64,000 bases of DNA from Pseudomonadota bacterium. GTDB lineage: Bacteria; Pseudomonadota; Gammaproteobacteria; JBCCGL01. The notes beneath the pieces were generated by a model, which saw nothing but the letters and a program-made list of their open reading frames with translations, made no database searches and was not told the DNA's origin. This document shows, piece by piece, positions 50,352 to 61,939 of this stretch; position 1 is the stretch's first letter, and each line of letters opens with the position of its first letter. Where the stretch lies: NCBI GenBank assembly GCA_039029275.1, contig JBCCGL010000011.1:44676-108675 (forward strand), read 5' to 3'. The position numbers were made by a program, and so were the translations under genes.

Positions 50352-51596
50352 ATGGCTACTGCTGCAATTTCTAGTAACGATAAACGTAAAGCAAAAAAAT
50401 TCTCTTACGAATGGGAGGGCAAAGACGCCAAAGGCGGGCGCGTCAGTGGCATGATCGATGCGCCAAACCAGGACATGGTTAAGGCACAACTACGGCGGCA
50501 AGGTGTTATTCCGACAAAAGTACGCAAGAAAACGCAATCGCGGTTCGGCGGCGGCAGCAACAAGATCACCCCCGCTGATATCGCCATTTTTGCGCGCCAG
50601 CTAACCACAATGATGAGTGCAGGCGTTCCCCTGGTGCAGGCATTTGAAATCGTCGGCAACGGCTTGGACAACAAAGCCATGCGCTCGCTCGTACTTGATG
50701 TGAAAGCGGATGTCGAATCGGGCAGCGGTTTGGCAGTTGCAATGGCAAAACACCCGAACGAATTCGACAATCTGTTTTGCAGTCTGGTTGCCGCAGGTGA
50801 GCAATCCGGTACGTTGGAAAACCTGCTGAATGAAATCGCGACGTACAAGGAAAAAACAGAAGCACTGAAGGCCAAGATTAAAAAAGCGATGTTCTACCCT
50901 GCCGCTGTTTTGGTCGTCGCTTTTATTGTCACTGCAATTCTGCTGATTTTTGTGGTTCCGCAGTTCGAAAGCCTGTTTAAAGGCATGGGATCCGATCTCC
51001 CCGCATTTACGCAGTTTGTCGTTAACCTGTCTGAAATGTTCCAGCAGTGGTGGTACATCATATTTGGTGGTGTCGCGGGCGCATTTATTTTGTTTGTGCA
51101 AATGCGCAAGAGATCGAAAGCCTTTGCGGCGATGATCGACAGAGTTTCGCTAAAGCTTCCGGTGATCGGCGATATTTTAACCAAAGCCGCTACTGCTCGA
51201 TTTGCCCGCACCTTGTCGACAATGTCTTCTGCTGGGGTTCCGTTGGTTGAGGCGATGGATTCGGTAGCCAGCACCGCTGGCAACACCGTGTTTTATAACG
51301 CGATAATGCGGATCAAAGACGAGGCATCGACCGGTCAGCGACTTCAGGTATCCCTTCGCCAGTCCGGGCTGTTTTCCAGCATGGTTGTGCAAATGGTGGC
51401 AATCGGTGAGGAATCCGGCGCGCTTGATGAAATGCTGGCCAAGGTAGCGGACTACTACGAACAGGAAGTAGACAATGCAGTTGATAGCCTGACCAGCTTG
51501 ATGGAACCGGCGATCATGTCTTTCCTGGGTGTAGTGGTCGGTGGACTCGTAATCGCAATGTATCTACCCATATTCAAAATGGGCGATGCGTTCTAG
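50352..51596 (+). CDS. pilC: type IV pilus platform protein
   Basis: RQLTTMMSAGVPL, GEQSGTLE, AMFYPAAV, GEESGALDEML. Confidence 0.96.
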   Translation: MATAAISSNDKRKAKKFSYEWEGKDAKGGRVSGMIDAPNQDMVKAQLRRQGVIPTKVRKKTQSRFGGGSNKITPADIAIFARQLTTMMSAGVPLVQAFEIVGNGLDNKAMRSLVLDVKADVESGSGLAVAMAKHPNEFDNLFCSLVAAGEQSGTLENLLNEIATYKEKTEALKAKIKKAMFYPAAVLVVAFIVTAILLIFVVPQFESLFKGMGSDLPAFTQFVVNLSEMFQQWWYIIFGGVAGAFILFVQMRKRSKAFAAMIDRVSLKLPVIGDILTKAATARFARTLSTMSSAGVPLVEAMDSVASTAGNTVFYNAIMRIKDEASTGQRLQVSLRQSGLFSSMVVQMVAIGEESGALDEMLAKVADYYEQEVDNAVDSLTSLMEPAIMSFLGVVVGGLVIAMYLPIFKMGDAF

Positions 51597-51722
51597 GTCC
51601 ACACTGATACCCGCAACAATCAATATTGAGTTGGCGAAATATTTTTTCGCCAAATAATCCAAACCATCTTATCTTCACGCTAATATCATTAGTTAGTCTT
51701 TTGGTTTCGGAACTCACACCTT

Positions 51723-52595
51723 GTGGAATTCATTGACCTACTCAGTCGAGAACCCTGGTTATTTTTAAGTCTCTGCACATTTGTAGGACTGCTGGTTGGC
51801 AGTTTTCTCAATGTAGTCATTCACAGACTTCCACTAATGCTGGAGCGCCAATGGCAGCGCGACTGTAAAGAGTTGCTTTCGCAGTCAACAGAAGAACCAG
51901 ACGACAGCAAATTCAACCTTATCACTCCGCGCTCCCGGTGCCCGCAATGTCAGGTGATGGTGTCCGCGGGCGACAATATTCCTGTAATAAGCTGGATATG
52001 GTTACGCGGAAAGTGCCGACACTGCGACACACGGATATCGATCCAGTACCCGCTTTTCGAAATTATGTGCGCCGCAATGACATTCGCAGTTGCGTTCAAT
52101 TTTTCGGTGTCATTTGAAGCGATCTGGGCAATTGCATTCACCTGGGCACTCATTGCACTCAGCGGCATTGATCTCAATACAAAATTATTACCCGATGACA
52201 TCACCTTACCGCTGATTTGGCTCGGCTTAGCCTGCAATATGTTTGGATTGATTACCGATCTGCATTCAGCTGTTTTAGGTGCGATGGCCGGCTACCTGAT
52301 TTTGTGGTTGGTGTATCAGGCATTTCGAATAACAACCGGAAAAGAAGGAATGGGTTACGGGGACTTTAAACTGCTTGCCGCTATCGGCGCCTGGCTCGGT
52401 TGGCAACACTTGCCGATGGTTATTTTGCTCTCCTCCCTGATAGGTGCGATCGTTGGAATCACGCTGATCATTGTAATGGGTCGTGATAGAAACATCCCCA
52501 TTCCGTTTGGCCCGTATCTCGCCGGCGCCGGGTGGGTCAGCCTTATCTGGGGACATCAAATTAGCGAGTTTTACCAAGGCATCATTGGTGCATGA
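51723..52595 (+). CDS. pilD: prepilin peptidase / N-methyltransferase
   Basis: GSFLNVVIHRLP, two CxxC pairs, GMGYGDFKL, IPFGPYLA. Confidence 0.96.
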   Translation: MEFIDLLSREPWLFLSLCTFVGLLVGSFLNVVIHRLPLMLERQWQRDCKELLSQSTEEPDDSKFNLITPRSRCPQCQVMVSAGDNIPVISWIWLRGKCRHCDTRISIQYPLFEIMCAAMTFAVAFNFSVSFEAIWAIAFTWALIALSGIDLNTKLLPDDITLPLIWLGLACNMFGLITDLHSAVLGAMAGYLILWLVYQAFRITTGKEGMGYGDFKLLAAIGAWLGWQHLPMVILLSSLIGAIVGITLIIVMGRDRNIPIPFGPYLAGAGWVSLIWGHQISEFYQGIIGA

Positions 52596-53204
52596 ATGTA
52601 CACAGTCGGATTAACAGGCGGGATTGCCAGTGGCAAATCGACGGTTTGTGGCTTTTTCGTTGCGTTGGGCGTTCCCGTTATCGACGCAGATGAGGCCGCC
52701 CGTATCGTAGTCAAAACCGGTAGCAGTGGCCTTGACGATGTGGTTAAAGCGTTCGGTGAAGATATGCTGCAGGATAACGGCACATTGAACAGGGCACGGC
52801 TGCGTGATGTCATTTTCGCAGACAGAAATGCGAAAGAAACACTTGAATCAATTCTGCATCCTCGCATTCGCGACTGGATGGACGAACAAGTGTCCTCGCT
52901 TGAAAGTGTCCACGCATATTGCATTCGAGCCGTTCCGCTGCTGATCGAAACACAGCAACACAGGAACGTCGACAGGGTTTTGGTTGTCGATTGCGATGAA
53001 GACACGCAGCTTGACCGAATCGTGTCTCGCGATCAGATCACCAAAGAAGCAGCACAAAAAATTTTGGCAGCACAAGTGAACAGGCAAACGCGATTACAAC
53101 ACGCAGATGATGTCATAGAAAACAGCGGTTCAATTCCCTCAATCAAAATACAAGTTGCCAGGCTGCATTCGCAATACACCGAACTCGCCAACGCGCATGG
53201 CTAG
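52596..53204 (+). CDS. coaE: dephospho-CoA kinase
   Basis: GLTGGIASGKST, ESILHPRI. Confidence 0.96.
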   Translation: MYTVGLTGGIASGKSTVCGFFVALGVPVIDADEAARIVVKTGSSGLDDVVKAFGEDMLQDNGTLNRARLRDVIFADRNAKETLESILHPRIRDWMDEQVSSLESVHAYCIRAVPLLIETQQHRNVDRVLVVDCDEDTQLDRIVSRDQITKEAAQKILAAQVNRQTRLQHADDVIENSGSIPSIKIQVARLHSQYTELANAHG

Positions 53205-53292
53205 TCGCATCTAAAAGATTTGTGTATTCTTGTGTTCGTAATCCAAAAACAGTCCACTGAAAGTCTCGCCCACCCACACTACAAAAATTAAG

Positions 53293-54054
53293 ATGGCTAC
53301 TTTCGAACAACCACTCAATGAAAGAATTCGTGCGTTTTCGCGGCTGGAACAGCTCAATTCGCGAATTCGGCTTCACTCACAAGCAAGCAGCCAATACAGC
53401 TGGAACTCACACGTCGCTGTGCTGTTAATACTTGATATGTACGAACTGACGTCACGTATCGACCTCAAAAGCGAAGTAATGAAGGAGCTTGAGCGACAAG
53501 CGCAAGTACTGCAACAGTTTGCGGGTTCAAACCAAATCGACTCAAATCAGTTGTCTGATATTCTCGAAAAACAGCGCGCGTATATTCAACAGCTTCACGA
53601 GCAGCAGGGACAACTCACACAACACATCAAAACGAGCGAATTCCTGAATAATGTGCGTCAACGCTGCGCTGCCAGTGGCAGCGCATGTTCGTACGATTTA
53701 CCGATTTATCATCACTGGCTTAATCAATCACATCAGGCCATTCAAAACGATATCCAACAGTGGATGCAGCCGTTTGAAACTACGCTGAATGCAATTGACT
53801 TAATCCTCTGCACTATTCGCGAAAGTACCGGGTTTGAGTCATTGACTGCTGAGGATGGTTTTTTCCAACAAGCCCTCAGCAGCGTTCGTGCACCACAGCT
53901 GATTCGTGTAAAAACAACCGACAATACTTACCCGGAAATTTCCGGCAGCAAACATCGCATGTCGATTCGATTTTTTGAGTTTGCATCGGTCGATGCAAGA
54001 CCCAGTCAATCAACGGGACGTGTTAACTTCGAAATGGCGTTGTGCACAATTTAA
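53293..54054 (+). CDS. zapD: cell division protein ZapD
   Basis: FEQPLNERIRAFSRLE, YPEISGSKHRMSIRF; follows coaE. Confidence 0.92.
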   Translation: MATFEQPLNERIRAFSRLEQLNSRIRLHSQASSQYSWNSHVAVLLILDMYELTSRIDLKSEVMKELERQAQVLQQFAGSNQIDSNQLSDILEKQRAYIQQLHEQQGQLTQHIKTSEFLNNVRQRCAASGSACSYDLPIYHHWLNQSHQAIQNDIQQWMQPFETTLNAIDLILCTIRESTGFESLTAEDGFFQQALSSVRAPQLIRVKTTDNTYPEISGSKHRMSIRFFEFASVDARPSQSTGRVNFEMALCTI

Positions 54055-54076
54055 TCGTGCGATCGAGGATCGAAAA

Positions 54077-55294
54077 CTAACTTCGATATTCTGCGTTGAT
54101 TCGCACGTAGTCGTACGATAGGTCAGTTGTCCAGATAGTCCATTCAACGTCACCCCTTCCGAGATCAACAAACACTGTTATCTCGTCGCGCGACATGACG
54201 GCTTGGCCGCGCTCTTCGGTGTAGTCGCTCGCAGGTTCTCCCGAGACAATGATATCAACTTCGTCTATTCGCATAGAGACGCTGCTAATGTCAAATGCGT
54301 TCAAGCCGGAGCGCCCAACGGCCGCCAGCAGTCTGCCCAGGTTTGGGTCACTGGCAAAAAATGCGGTTTTGATCAAAGGGGAGTGTGCGATGGTATAGGC
54401 TACCTGTCGGCACTCGTTTGCGTCGATGCCCCCGCGCACGGATACTTCGATGAATTTTGTAGCACCTTCCCCGTCGCGAATAATTGCCTGCGCCAGCGTT
54501 TTGCACGCGCGCTCGATTAGCACGGTAAATTCTGGCCACTGCGGATGATCGTCGCTTAGTTCATCGCCGCCCGCAGAGCCAGTCGCGAGCAACACGCACG
54601 CATCGTTGGTCGATGTATCACCATCAACAGTAATACTGTTAAATGATCGGGCGTTAGAGCGTTCAAGCAGGCGCTGCAAACTTTTCGCCTCGACACGTGC
54701 ATCGGTCGCGATGAACGCCAGCATCGTCGCCATATTGGGACAAATCATTCCAGATCCCTTGCTTATCCCGGTGACCGTAATTCGCGCTCCGGCCAGTGAC
54801 ATTTGTTCACTGAAACCCTTCGCGACTGTGTCAGTCGTCATTATTGCAGCGGCTGCGTCAGACCAGTTATCACGACCTAACCCGTCCACTAATGATTCGA
54901 TCCCCGAATGCATCACATCCATATCGAGCTGTTGATTGATAACACCCGTCGAAAATGGCAAAACCTGTTGCGAAGTTTGACCGAAATGCTCCGCGATACA
55001 CGTGCATGTATTTAACGCATTCTCGAGCCCTTGCTTGCCGGTTCCAGCATTCGCGTTGCCGGCGTTAATCAAAAGAAATCGAGGACTGGACTGTGCGATA
55101 TGCTCGCGGGCAATTATCACCGGAGCTGCACAAAATGCGTTTTGCGTGAATACAGCCGCAGCTTGGGTACCCGCCTCGCAAGCGATCAATGCCATATCGC
55201 TGTTACCGTTGGATTTCAGCCCCGCTGTGCAAGCCGCAAGAGCGACACCCTGAACGGGGTGCAGTTTTTCAGGCTCGGTTAAATTGACAGCCAT
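54077..55294 (-). CDS. argJ: bifunctional ornithine acetyltransferase
   Basis: NAGNANAGTG, KGSGMICPNMATML, VDGDTSTND, DGEGATK. Confidence 0.96.
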   Translation of the reverse strand: MAVNLTEPEKLHPVQGVALAACTAGLKSNGNSDMALIACEAGTQAAAVFTQNAFCAAPVIIAREHIAQSSPRFLLINAGNANAGTGKQGLENALNTCTCIAEHFGQTSQQVLPFSTGVINQQLDMDVMHSGIESLVDGLGRDNWSDAAAAIMTTDTVAKGFSEQMSLAGARITVTGISKGSGMICPNMATMLAFIATDARVEAKSLQRLLERSNARSFNSITVDGDTSTNDACVLLATGSAGGDELSDDHPQWPEFTVLIERACKTLAQAIIRDGEGATKFIEVSVRGGIDANECRQVAYTIAHSPLIKTAFFASDPNLGRLLAAVGRSGLNAFDISSVSMRIDEVDIIVSGEPASDYTEERGQAVMSRDEITVFVDLGRGDVEWTIWTTDLSYDYVRINAEYRS

Positions 55295-55303
55295 CGTGAA
55301 GCG

Positions 55304-58042
55304 CTAAGTCAGCTTGCCGTGGCAGTGCTTGTATTTTTTACCGGATCCGCACCAACAAGGCTCGTTGCGTCCAACCTTTTTTTGCTCGCGCACGAATGGC
55401 GCCTGTTGCGGAGCTTGCTGTGCGTTTTGTGGATTGCCTTGTGCTGGCGACTGCGTATCGGCCAGTGGATTAGCAGCCGCTGCGTGTTTGAATTCCATTG
55501 CCTGCTCTGCTTGCGCACGCTCCTGCTGTTGTCGCATCAGCTCCTGAATCTGTTCGGGACTCAGAACTTCGACGCGCGACAGCACTCGAACAACGTCCAG
55601 CTTGATCTGATCGAGCAGATTGGAAAACATCTCAAACGCTTCGCGTTTGTACTCTTGCTTGGGATTTTTTTGCGCGAACGAGCGCAAACCGACACTCTGG
55701 CGCAAGTAATCCATGCTCGCAAGGTGTTCCTTCCAATGGTAGTCGAGCCTGCGCAGCATCACTTCCTTTTCGTGCAAACGCATATTCTGCTCACCGGCGA
55801 GCTGTGATTTTTTGTCATGTGACTCTTCGAGAACAACCAAGGCTTTTTCGCGCAAGCCCTCTTCGTCCAACTCGTCGTCATCGTCCAGCCATTTTTGCAA
55901 ATCGAGTTTAGTGCCGAGTTCCTGTTGCAGACTTGTCTCTGCACCGGCGACGTCCCAGCTCTCGTCGAGCGAACCCGGTGCGATATGCTGGCTAATTAAA
56001 CTATTGACCACGTCGTAACGCATACCCTTTACAGCGTCGCTGACTTCTTCAGAACCCAGCAATTCATTTCGCTGCTCGTAAATGACTTTGCGCTGGTCAT
56101 TGGCCACGTCGTCGTACTCAAGCAGGTGTTTTCGCAGATCAAAATTGTGCGCCTCAACTTTGCGTTGCGCGTTTTCGATGGCTTTGGTCACCCATGGGTG
56201 TTCGATAGCCTCGCCCTCCTCCATGCCAAGTTTTTGCATCAACGACGACACACGATCAGATGCAAAAATACGCATTAGGTTGTCCTGCAGGGACAGATAA
56301 AACCGTGACGATCCTGGGTCACCTTGACGCCCCGAGCGACCGCGCAATTGGTTATCAATTCGGCGCGATTCATGGCGTTCAGTCCCAATGATGTGGAGAC
56401 CGCCGGCATCGAGTACTTTTTGGTGCCGCTCTCGCCATTGCGACCGCGCCTGGTCTATTTTCTCTTGATCGGAATCACTCAGCGCGCTGATTTCAACGTC
56501 CAGGTTTCCGCCAAGCACGATATCCGTTCCGCGGCCCGCCATGTTCGTCGCGATCGTAACTGCACCAGGCAAACCCGCCTGACTGACGATTTGCGCCTCA
56601 CGCTCGTGCTGCTTGGCGTTTAACACTTCGTGTTCAATTTTGTGTTTTTTGAGTTGCGCTGAAAGCAGCTCAGAAGTTTCAATCGACGCCGTGCCAACCA
56701 GCGCTGGCTGCCCGCGTTCAACGCAATCAATAATGTCCTCGGTGATTGCGTCAAATTTTTCCTGAGTTGTCAGGTAGACCAGATCGGACTCGTCCTTGCG
56801 CACCATGTCGCGGTGCGTTGGAATGACAATGACTTCCAGTCCGTAAATCTGCTGGAATTCGAACGCTTCGGTGTCGGCCGTGCCGGTCATGCCGGCGAGC
56901 TTTTCGTAGAGTCGAAAATAGTTCTGAAAAGTGATCGAGGCGATCGTTTGGTTTTCTTTTTGGATTGTGACACCTTCTTTCGCCTCGATGGCCTGGTGTA
57001 GTCCTTCAGACCATCGCCGCCCCGGCATCGTTCTACCGGTGAATTCGTCGACAATCACGATTTGATCGTTACTGACAATGTAATCCACATCGCGTTGAAA
57101 AATAGCGTGAGCGCGCAGTGCGGCATTAAGGTGATGGAGTAAACCAATGTGAGTTGGATCGTAAAGACTGTCGTGTTCTTCCAGAATCCCAACTTCGACC
57201 ATCAGTTCTTCGACGTGATCGTGACCACTCTCTGTCAGCAGTACCTGTTTGGACTTTTCATCCAGCGAGTAGTCGCCTGGTCCGTCCTCATCTTGCTGCG
57301 CGACCAGTTTGGGTACCAGTTTGTTAATGCTGACGTAAACGTCGCTGCTGTCGCTTGCCGGTCCGGAAATGATCAGAGGTGTACGCGCCTCGTCGATCAG
57401 GATTGAGTCGACCTCATCAACGATCGCAAAATTGAGTCCGCGCTGAACTTTCGCTTCGAGTTCGTGCGCCATATTGTCACGCAGGTAGTCAAAGCCGAAT
57501 TCGTTGTTAGTGCCGTAAGTGATATCGGCGGCGTAGGCCTCCCGCCGCTGGTCAGTATCTAACCCACCGACAATGACACCCACCGACAGACCAAGAAATG
57601 TATAAAGCCGCCCCATCCATTCGGAATCGCGTTTGGCGAGATAGTCATTGACCGTAACAACGTGAACGCCTTTTCCGCTTAGCGCGTTGAGGTAAACAGC
57701 GAGGGTTGCAACAAGCGTTTTCCCCTCCCCTGTGCGCATCTCGGCGATCTTGCCCTGATGAAGCACCATTCCGCCGACAAACTGCACGTCAAAATGGCGC
57801 ATCTCGAGGACTCGTTTGCCTGCCTCTCGAACGACAGCGAAGGCTTCGGGCAAAATATCGTCCAGCGACTTTCCATCGGAGATCGCCTGCTTGAGTTTTT
57901 CGGTGCGCGCTTTAAGGTCATCATCACTCAACGCCTCGATTTCGCCTTCCATCGCATTGATGGCGGCCACCTGTTTATTGAGCTGCTTGACGATGCGGTC
58001 GTTGCGACTGCCAAAAACGGACTTGAAAACTTTGCTGATCAT
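55304..58042 (-). CDS. secA: preprotein translocase ATPase SecA
   Basis: [28 protein letters not shown]-terminal SEC-C motif [14 protein letters not shown]. Confidence 0.98.
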   Translation of the reverse strand: MISKVFKSVFGSRNDRIVKQLNKQVAAINAMEGEIEALSDDDLKARTEKLKQAISDGKSLDDILPEAFAVVREAGKRVLEMRHFDVQFVGGMVLHQGKIAEMRTGEGKTLVATLAVYLNALSGKGVHVVTVNDYLAKRDSEWMGRLYTFLGLSVGVIVGGLDTDQRREAYAADITYGTNNEFGFDYLRDNMAHELEAKVQRGLNFAIVDEVDSILIDEARTPLIISGPASDSSDVYVSINKLVPKLVAQQDEDGPGDYSLDEKSKQVLLTESGHDHVEELMVEVGILEEHDSLYDPTHIGLLHHLNAALRAHAIFQRDVDYIVSNDQIVIVDEFTGRTMPGRRWSEGLHQAIEAKEGVTIQKENQTIASITFQNYFRLYEKLAGMTGTADTEAFEFQQIYGLEVIVIPTHRDMVRKDESDLVYLTTQEKFDAITEDIIDCVERGQPALVGTASIETSELLSAQLKKHKIEHEVLNAKQHEREAQIVSQAGLPGAVTIATNMAGRGTDIVLGGNLDVEISALSDSDQEKIDQARSQWRERHQKVLDAGGLHIIGTERHESRRIDNQLRGRSGRQGDPGSSRFYLSLQDNLMRIFASDRVSSLMQKLGMEEGEAIEHPWVTKAIENAQRKVEAHNFDLRKHLLEYDDVANDQRKVIYEQRNELLGSEEVSDAVKGMRYDVVNSLISQHIAPGSLDESWDVAGAETSLQQELGTKLDLQKWLDDDDELDEEGLREKALVVLEESHDKKSQLAGEQNMRLHEKEVMLRRLDYHWKEHLASMDYLRQSVGLRSFAQKNPKQEYKREAFEMFSNLLDQIKLDVVRVLSRVEVLSPEQIQELMRQQQERAQAEQAMEFKHAAAANPLADTQSPAQGNPQNAQQAPQQAPFVREQKKVGRNEPCWCGSGKKYKHCHGKLT

Positions 58043-58191
58043 TCTAATTTAGGATTGTTACAGGCTAAAGAAGATGCGCGCCCGCAGAACTCCACGAAAA
58101 ACGAGTAATGGTACTTTCTGTGGTGGCTCAGCGCTATTGTTAGATGGAGGCAAGCGCCAAAAATTCAAGCGCCCAACGCCGGGAACTCAAT

Positions 58192-59103
58192 CTAACGCTG
58201 GATGAATTTCGCAGGATTGATTTGACGACCACCCTTTAGCACCTCGAAGTGAACGTGCGGCCCAGTTGAGCGACCGGTAGAGCCCATCAAAGCTATGGTT
58301 TGACCCTTTTTAACTGCTTGGCCTTCTGCGACAAGCAATTCTGCGTTATGCGCATACCGTGTGGCGTAATCATCACCATGGCTGATTTCCAGCATGTACC
58401 CATACGCGCCTTGTTTGCCCGCATAGGTAACAACGCCGCCCGCAACGGCAATCACCTGGGTGCCCTCGCGACCGGCAAAATCGACCCCCTTATGGAACTG
58501 TTGTTTGCCGGTGAATGGACTGGTACGCATCCCGTACCCTGAGGAAAGCCATCCTTTTTTTATTGGACGCCCCGATGGTAAGACTTCAGCTGCGAGATTG
58601 CGGTTCATCACGAGGTGCTCCAGCACACTGAGCTGATGCTCGCGACTCGCAATTTGCTCAGCAAGACTGGCAATCACTTCATCTAAACCGGTAATTTCAA
58701 GCTCTTGGCTAATGTCCTGATTCTCAGGGCCGCCCAAAGCGGGTACCGTGTCAAAATTAAACTCGCCGCTGTCCAGATCGGCCATGTGGACTAATTTTTG
58801 GCCGAGCGCGTCGAGGCGGGTAATGTGGCCTTGCAACTGACCCAGTCGGCGCGTCAACGCGTCAATCTCGGCGCGTGTTTCCCGCTGAACCAAATCGAGC
58901 GCCTCGCGCTGAGTATCCAGCTCGGTACCGAGTGACGTAATATAGTTCGGCGCAGAGACACTATTTCCGTACCAGAAACCGGCGTAAGTAAGCCCCGCCG
59001 ATATCGAAAGCGCGAGCACACCCAGAACGGCAAATTGAAAGCGCGTGCTGATCTGGAGCCGACGCGGCTTTCCTTTAGAATTTGATAGTAGAATGATGTT
59101 CAT
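58192..59103 (-). CDS. M23-family metallopeptidase
   Basis: FHKGVD, YAH, STGPHVHFEV; conserved position next to secA. Confidence 0.92.
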   Translation of the reverse strand: MNIILLSNSKGKPRRLQISTRFQFAVLGVLALSISAGLTYAGFWYGNSVSAPNYITSLGTELDTQREALDLVQRETRAEIDALTRRLGQLQGHITRLDALGQKLVHMADLDSGEFNFDTVPALGGPENQDISQELEITGLDEVIASLAEQIASREHQLSVLEHLVMNRNLAAEVLPSGRPIKKGWLSSGYGMRTSPFTGKQQFHKGVDFAGREGTQVIAVAGGVVTYAGKQGAYGYMLEISHGDDYATRYAHNAELLVAEGQAVKKGQTIALMGSTGRSTGPHVHFEVLKGGRQINPAKFIQR

Positions 59104-59198
59104 AAGGTATGCGAAATCGCACGCACAATCCTTGCCATATTAATCGAATTTAAAATTCATTGGTAGCCTTTTGAATCAAAGGCTTAGGCTGAAACCTT

Positions 59199-59621
59199 AT
59201 GAAACAGCTAAATAATTTCATCTCGCCTGACATTCTCCAGCGTCTCGATCAAAACACGCGCTTGGCTCGCATCGTGTCAAATGCACTTCCAGCGGAGCTT
59301 GATGGTCGTGTTTATTGTATCGGTATGCACAAAAAAACCCTTAATTTATGCACAGATAGCCCCGCAACTTCGACCCGTTTACGCTTTTTCATGCAAACGA
59401 TTATAGATACGTGTAAAGAGCTGGGGGAATTGAATGTGGAGAACATTCGAATCACGACTGACTCTGACTTGGCATCAGCGAGACAAATACCTGCGCGAAA
59501 GACCTCAAAACCTGTGCCGTCCGAGAACGTTGGGGCAATGTTTGAGGCGACCGCTGAATCCGTTGATGATCCGAGACTGAAAAGTGCGTTGGAAAGGCTG
59601 GCAAAAGTCAGTAAAAGTTGA
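59199..59621 (+). CDS. DciA / DUF721-family protein
   Basis: Position between lpxC and M23/secA; LCTDSPATSTRLRF motif; C-terminal DPRLKSALERLA. Confidence 0.75.
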   Translation: MKQLNNFISPDILQRLDQNTRLARIVSNALPAELDGRVYCIGMHKKTLNLCTDSPATSTRLRFFMQTIIDTCKELGELNVENIRITTDSDLASARQIPARKTSKPVPSENVGAMFEATAESVDDPRLKSALERLAKVSKS

Positions 59622-59676
59622 CGAAACAGGTTTAGTTGAATAGCGCTCGCCGCGCGAAGCGCAGGACTAAACGAGT

Positions 59677-60591
59677 CTACGCAATTGCTTCAATCGGTTG
59701 CACGTAGGAAATCGGCGCATCCTTTGAGTTTTCAAATGTCACCTGTTCCCAAGCCGACTCGTCTTCCAACAATGCCCGAAGCAACTGGTTATTCAACGCA
59801 TGGCCGGATTTAAACCCGGAAAAAGCACCGATCAGTGTGTGTCCCAGCAAGTAAAGATCACCAATCGCATCGAGAATCTTATGTTTGACAAACTCGTCGC
59901 TGTAGCGGAGGCCGTCCTCGTTTAAAACGCGATAGTCATCAACCACGATCGCGTTATCGAGGCTCCCGCCAAGCGCCAGATCGCGTCGTCGGAGTGCTTC
60001 GATATCCCGCATGAAACCGAAAGTACGTGCGCGACTGATTTCTTTTACGAACGAAGTCGTCGAGAAATCAATCTCAGCCTGCTGACTCATGGTTTTGAAC
60101 ATTGGATGGTCGAATTCAATCGTAAAACTGACCTTGAACCCATTAAATGGATCAAATCGCACCCACTTGTCACCGTCTTCGGTCAGGATCGGCTTCTTGA
60201 TTCGAATAAATTTTTTAGGCGCATCTTGTTCTTCGATTCCGGCAGATTGCACCAAAAAGACAAACGGCCCAGAACTACCGTCCATGATTGGCACTTCATC
60301 GGCACTCAGATCGACATAGGCGTTGTCGACACCCAATCCAGCAAGCGCGGCCATCAAGTGTTCGACAGTTGAGATGCGAACGCCGTTTTTGCCGAGCGAA
60401 GTTGCGAGCTCGGTATTTTCTACGTTGAGTGGATGACTCGGAATGACTACGGGATCATCAAAATCGACACGGCGAAATACGATGCCTGCATCGATATCTG
60501 CAGGGTGCAGTGTCAAATAGACTTTTTTACCGGTGTGAAGACCGACGCCCGTTGCCCGGATTGTATTTTTTAATGTCCTTTGGCGGATCAT
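59677..60591 (-). CDS. lpxC: UDP-3-O-acyl-GlcNAc deacetylase
   Basis: [34 protein letters not shown]; ATG at 60591. Confidence 0.97.
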   Translation of the reverse strand: MIRQRTLKNTIRATGVGLHTGKKVYLTLHPADIDAGIVFRRVDFDDPVVIPSHPLNVENTELATSLGKNGVRISTVEHLMAALAGLGVDNAYVDLSADEVPIMDGSSGPFVFLVQSAGIEEQDAPKKFIRIKKPILTEDGDKWVRFDPFNGFKVSFTIEFDHPMFKTMSQQAEIDFSTTSFVKEISRARTFGFMRDIEALRRRDLALGGSLDNAIVVDDYRVLNEDGLRYSDEFVKHKILDAIGDLYLLGHTLIGAFSGFKSGHALNNQLLRALLEDESAWEQVTFENSKDAPISYVQPIEAIA

Positions 60592-60732
60592 CGGAATTGC
60601 TCGGTCGCTCGATTTTAACGGGTGCAAGGCGCACCATGCTGACTGGTGCGCGATTCTACAATACCAACAACGGCTTAACCAGTTTGGTAACAGTGCTGTA
60701 ACAAACACAGCGGCACACAAGTGCCGCTGGTT

Positions 60733-61875
60733 TCAGTCTGCCTGCCGACGCAAAAATGCCGGAATGTCCAGATACTCGAGGTCGCCATTCGTACCGTCTC
60801 GGGTGGGCGCGGGCTCCGAGTTCGTAACATTGTTACGAATCACGGTGGGCCGATCGAGACTCTCGTAGTCTACCTTCCCGTCGCCTCGCGTGTAGACCGC
60901 CTTAACCGGTTGAGGCGTCAACTGACCAAGACCGGTCGCCACGACAGTCACGCGCATTTCGCCTTCGAGCTCTGGATCAATAACAGTCCCAACGACAACT
61001 GTGGCGTCTTCGGAAGCAAATTCCTTCACTGCGTTGCCGACCTCTTCGAACTCGCCGATAGCCATGTCCATGCCAGCGGTTACGTTAACCAAAATACCCC
61101 GAGCGCCTGCCAAATTTACGTTTTCGAGGAGCGGACTCGATACTGCCGACTCGGCCGCTTCGCGTGCGCGCTCTTCGCCTACCGCGACACCTGTCCCCAT
61201 CATCGCCATGCCCATCTCAGACATCACGGTTCGCACGTCGGCAAAGTCGACGTTGATCAAACCCGGGCAAGTAATTAATTCAGCAATTCCCTGAACCGCA
61301 CCACGCAAAATGTCGTTGGCAGCACTGAAGGCTTCGATCAGGGGAACATTTTTACCGAGCTCGGAGAGCAGTTTCTCGTTTGGGATTGTGATCAGCGAAT
61401 CGACGTGTTGACTCAGCTCGCGAAGGCCCGCTTCGGCAATCTGCATGCGCTTTGCGCCCTCAAAAGGAAACGGCTTGGTCACAACTGCAACTGTCAGAAC
61501 GCCCATGTCGCGCGCGATTTGCGCTACGACCGGTACCGCGCCCGTGCCGGTTCCGCCCCCCATTCCGGCGGTGATGAACAACATGTCGGTGCCTTCGATG
61601 CACTCTTGTATGCGTTCACGATCTTCAAGCGCCGCCTGGCGTCCAATTTCGGGATTTGCCCCGGCGCCAAGCCCCTTGGTGATGTTTCCACCGAGCTGGA
61701 TCGATACCTTCGACGGGATGCTTTTCAATGCCTGCGAATCGGTATTCGCGCAGATGAAGTCAACTCCATCGATGCTTGAGCGCATCATGTGACCCACTGC
61801 ATTGCCACCGCCGCCGCCGACACCGATCAGCTTGATTACCGCGTTTTGCGGTTTGCCTTCCATTAGTTCAAACAT
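60733..61875 (-). CDS. ftsZ: cell division protein FtsZ
   Basis: [23 protein letters not shown]-terminal [12 protein letters not shown]. Confidence 0.98.
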   Translation of the reverse strand: MFELMEGKPQNAVIKLIGVGGGGGNAVGHMMRSSIDGVDFICANTDSQALKSIPSKVSIQLGGNITKGLGAGANPEIGRQAALEDRERIQECIEGTDMLFITAGMGGGTGTGAVPVVAQIARDMGVLTVAVVTKPFPFEGAKRMQIAEAGLRELSQHVDSLITIPNEKLLSELGKNVPLIEAFSAANDILRGAVQGIAELITCPGLINVDFADVRTVMSEMGMAMMGTGVAVGEERAREAAESAVSSPLLENVNLAGARGILVNVTAGMDMAIGEFEEVGNAVKEFASEDATVVVGTVIDPELEGEMRVTVVATGLGQLTPQPVKAVYTRGDGKVDYESLDRPTVIRNNVTNSEPAPTRDGTNGDLEYLDIPAFLRRQAD

Positions 61876-61939
61876 ACGTCGTCTCCTCTTTTACATTCTC
61901 ACTTCGATTTATAAAACATGCGTAAACTCCAACAACCCG

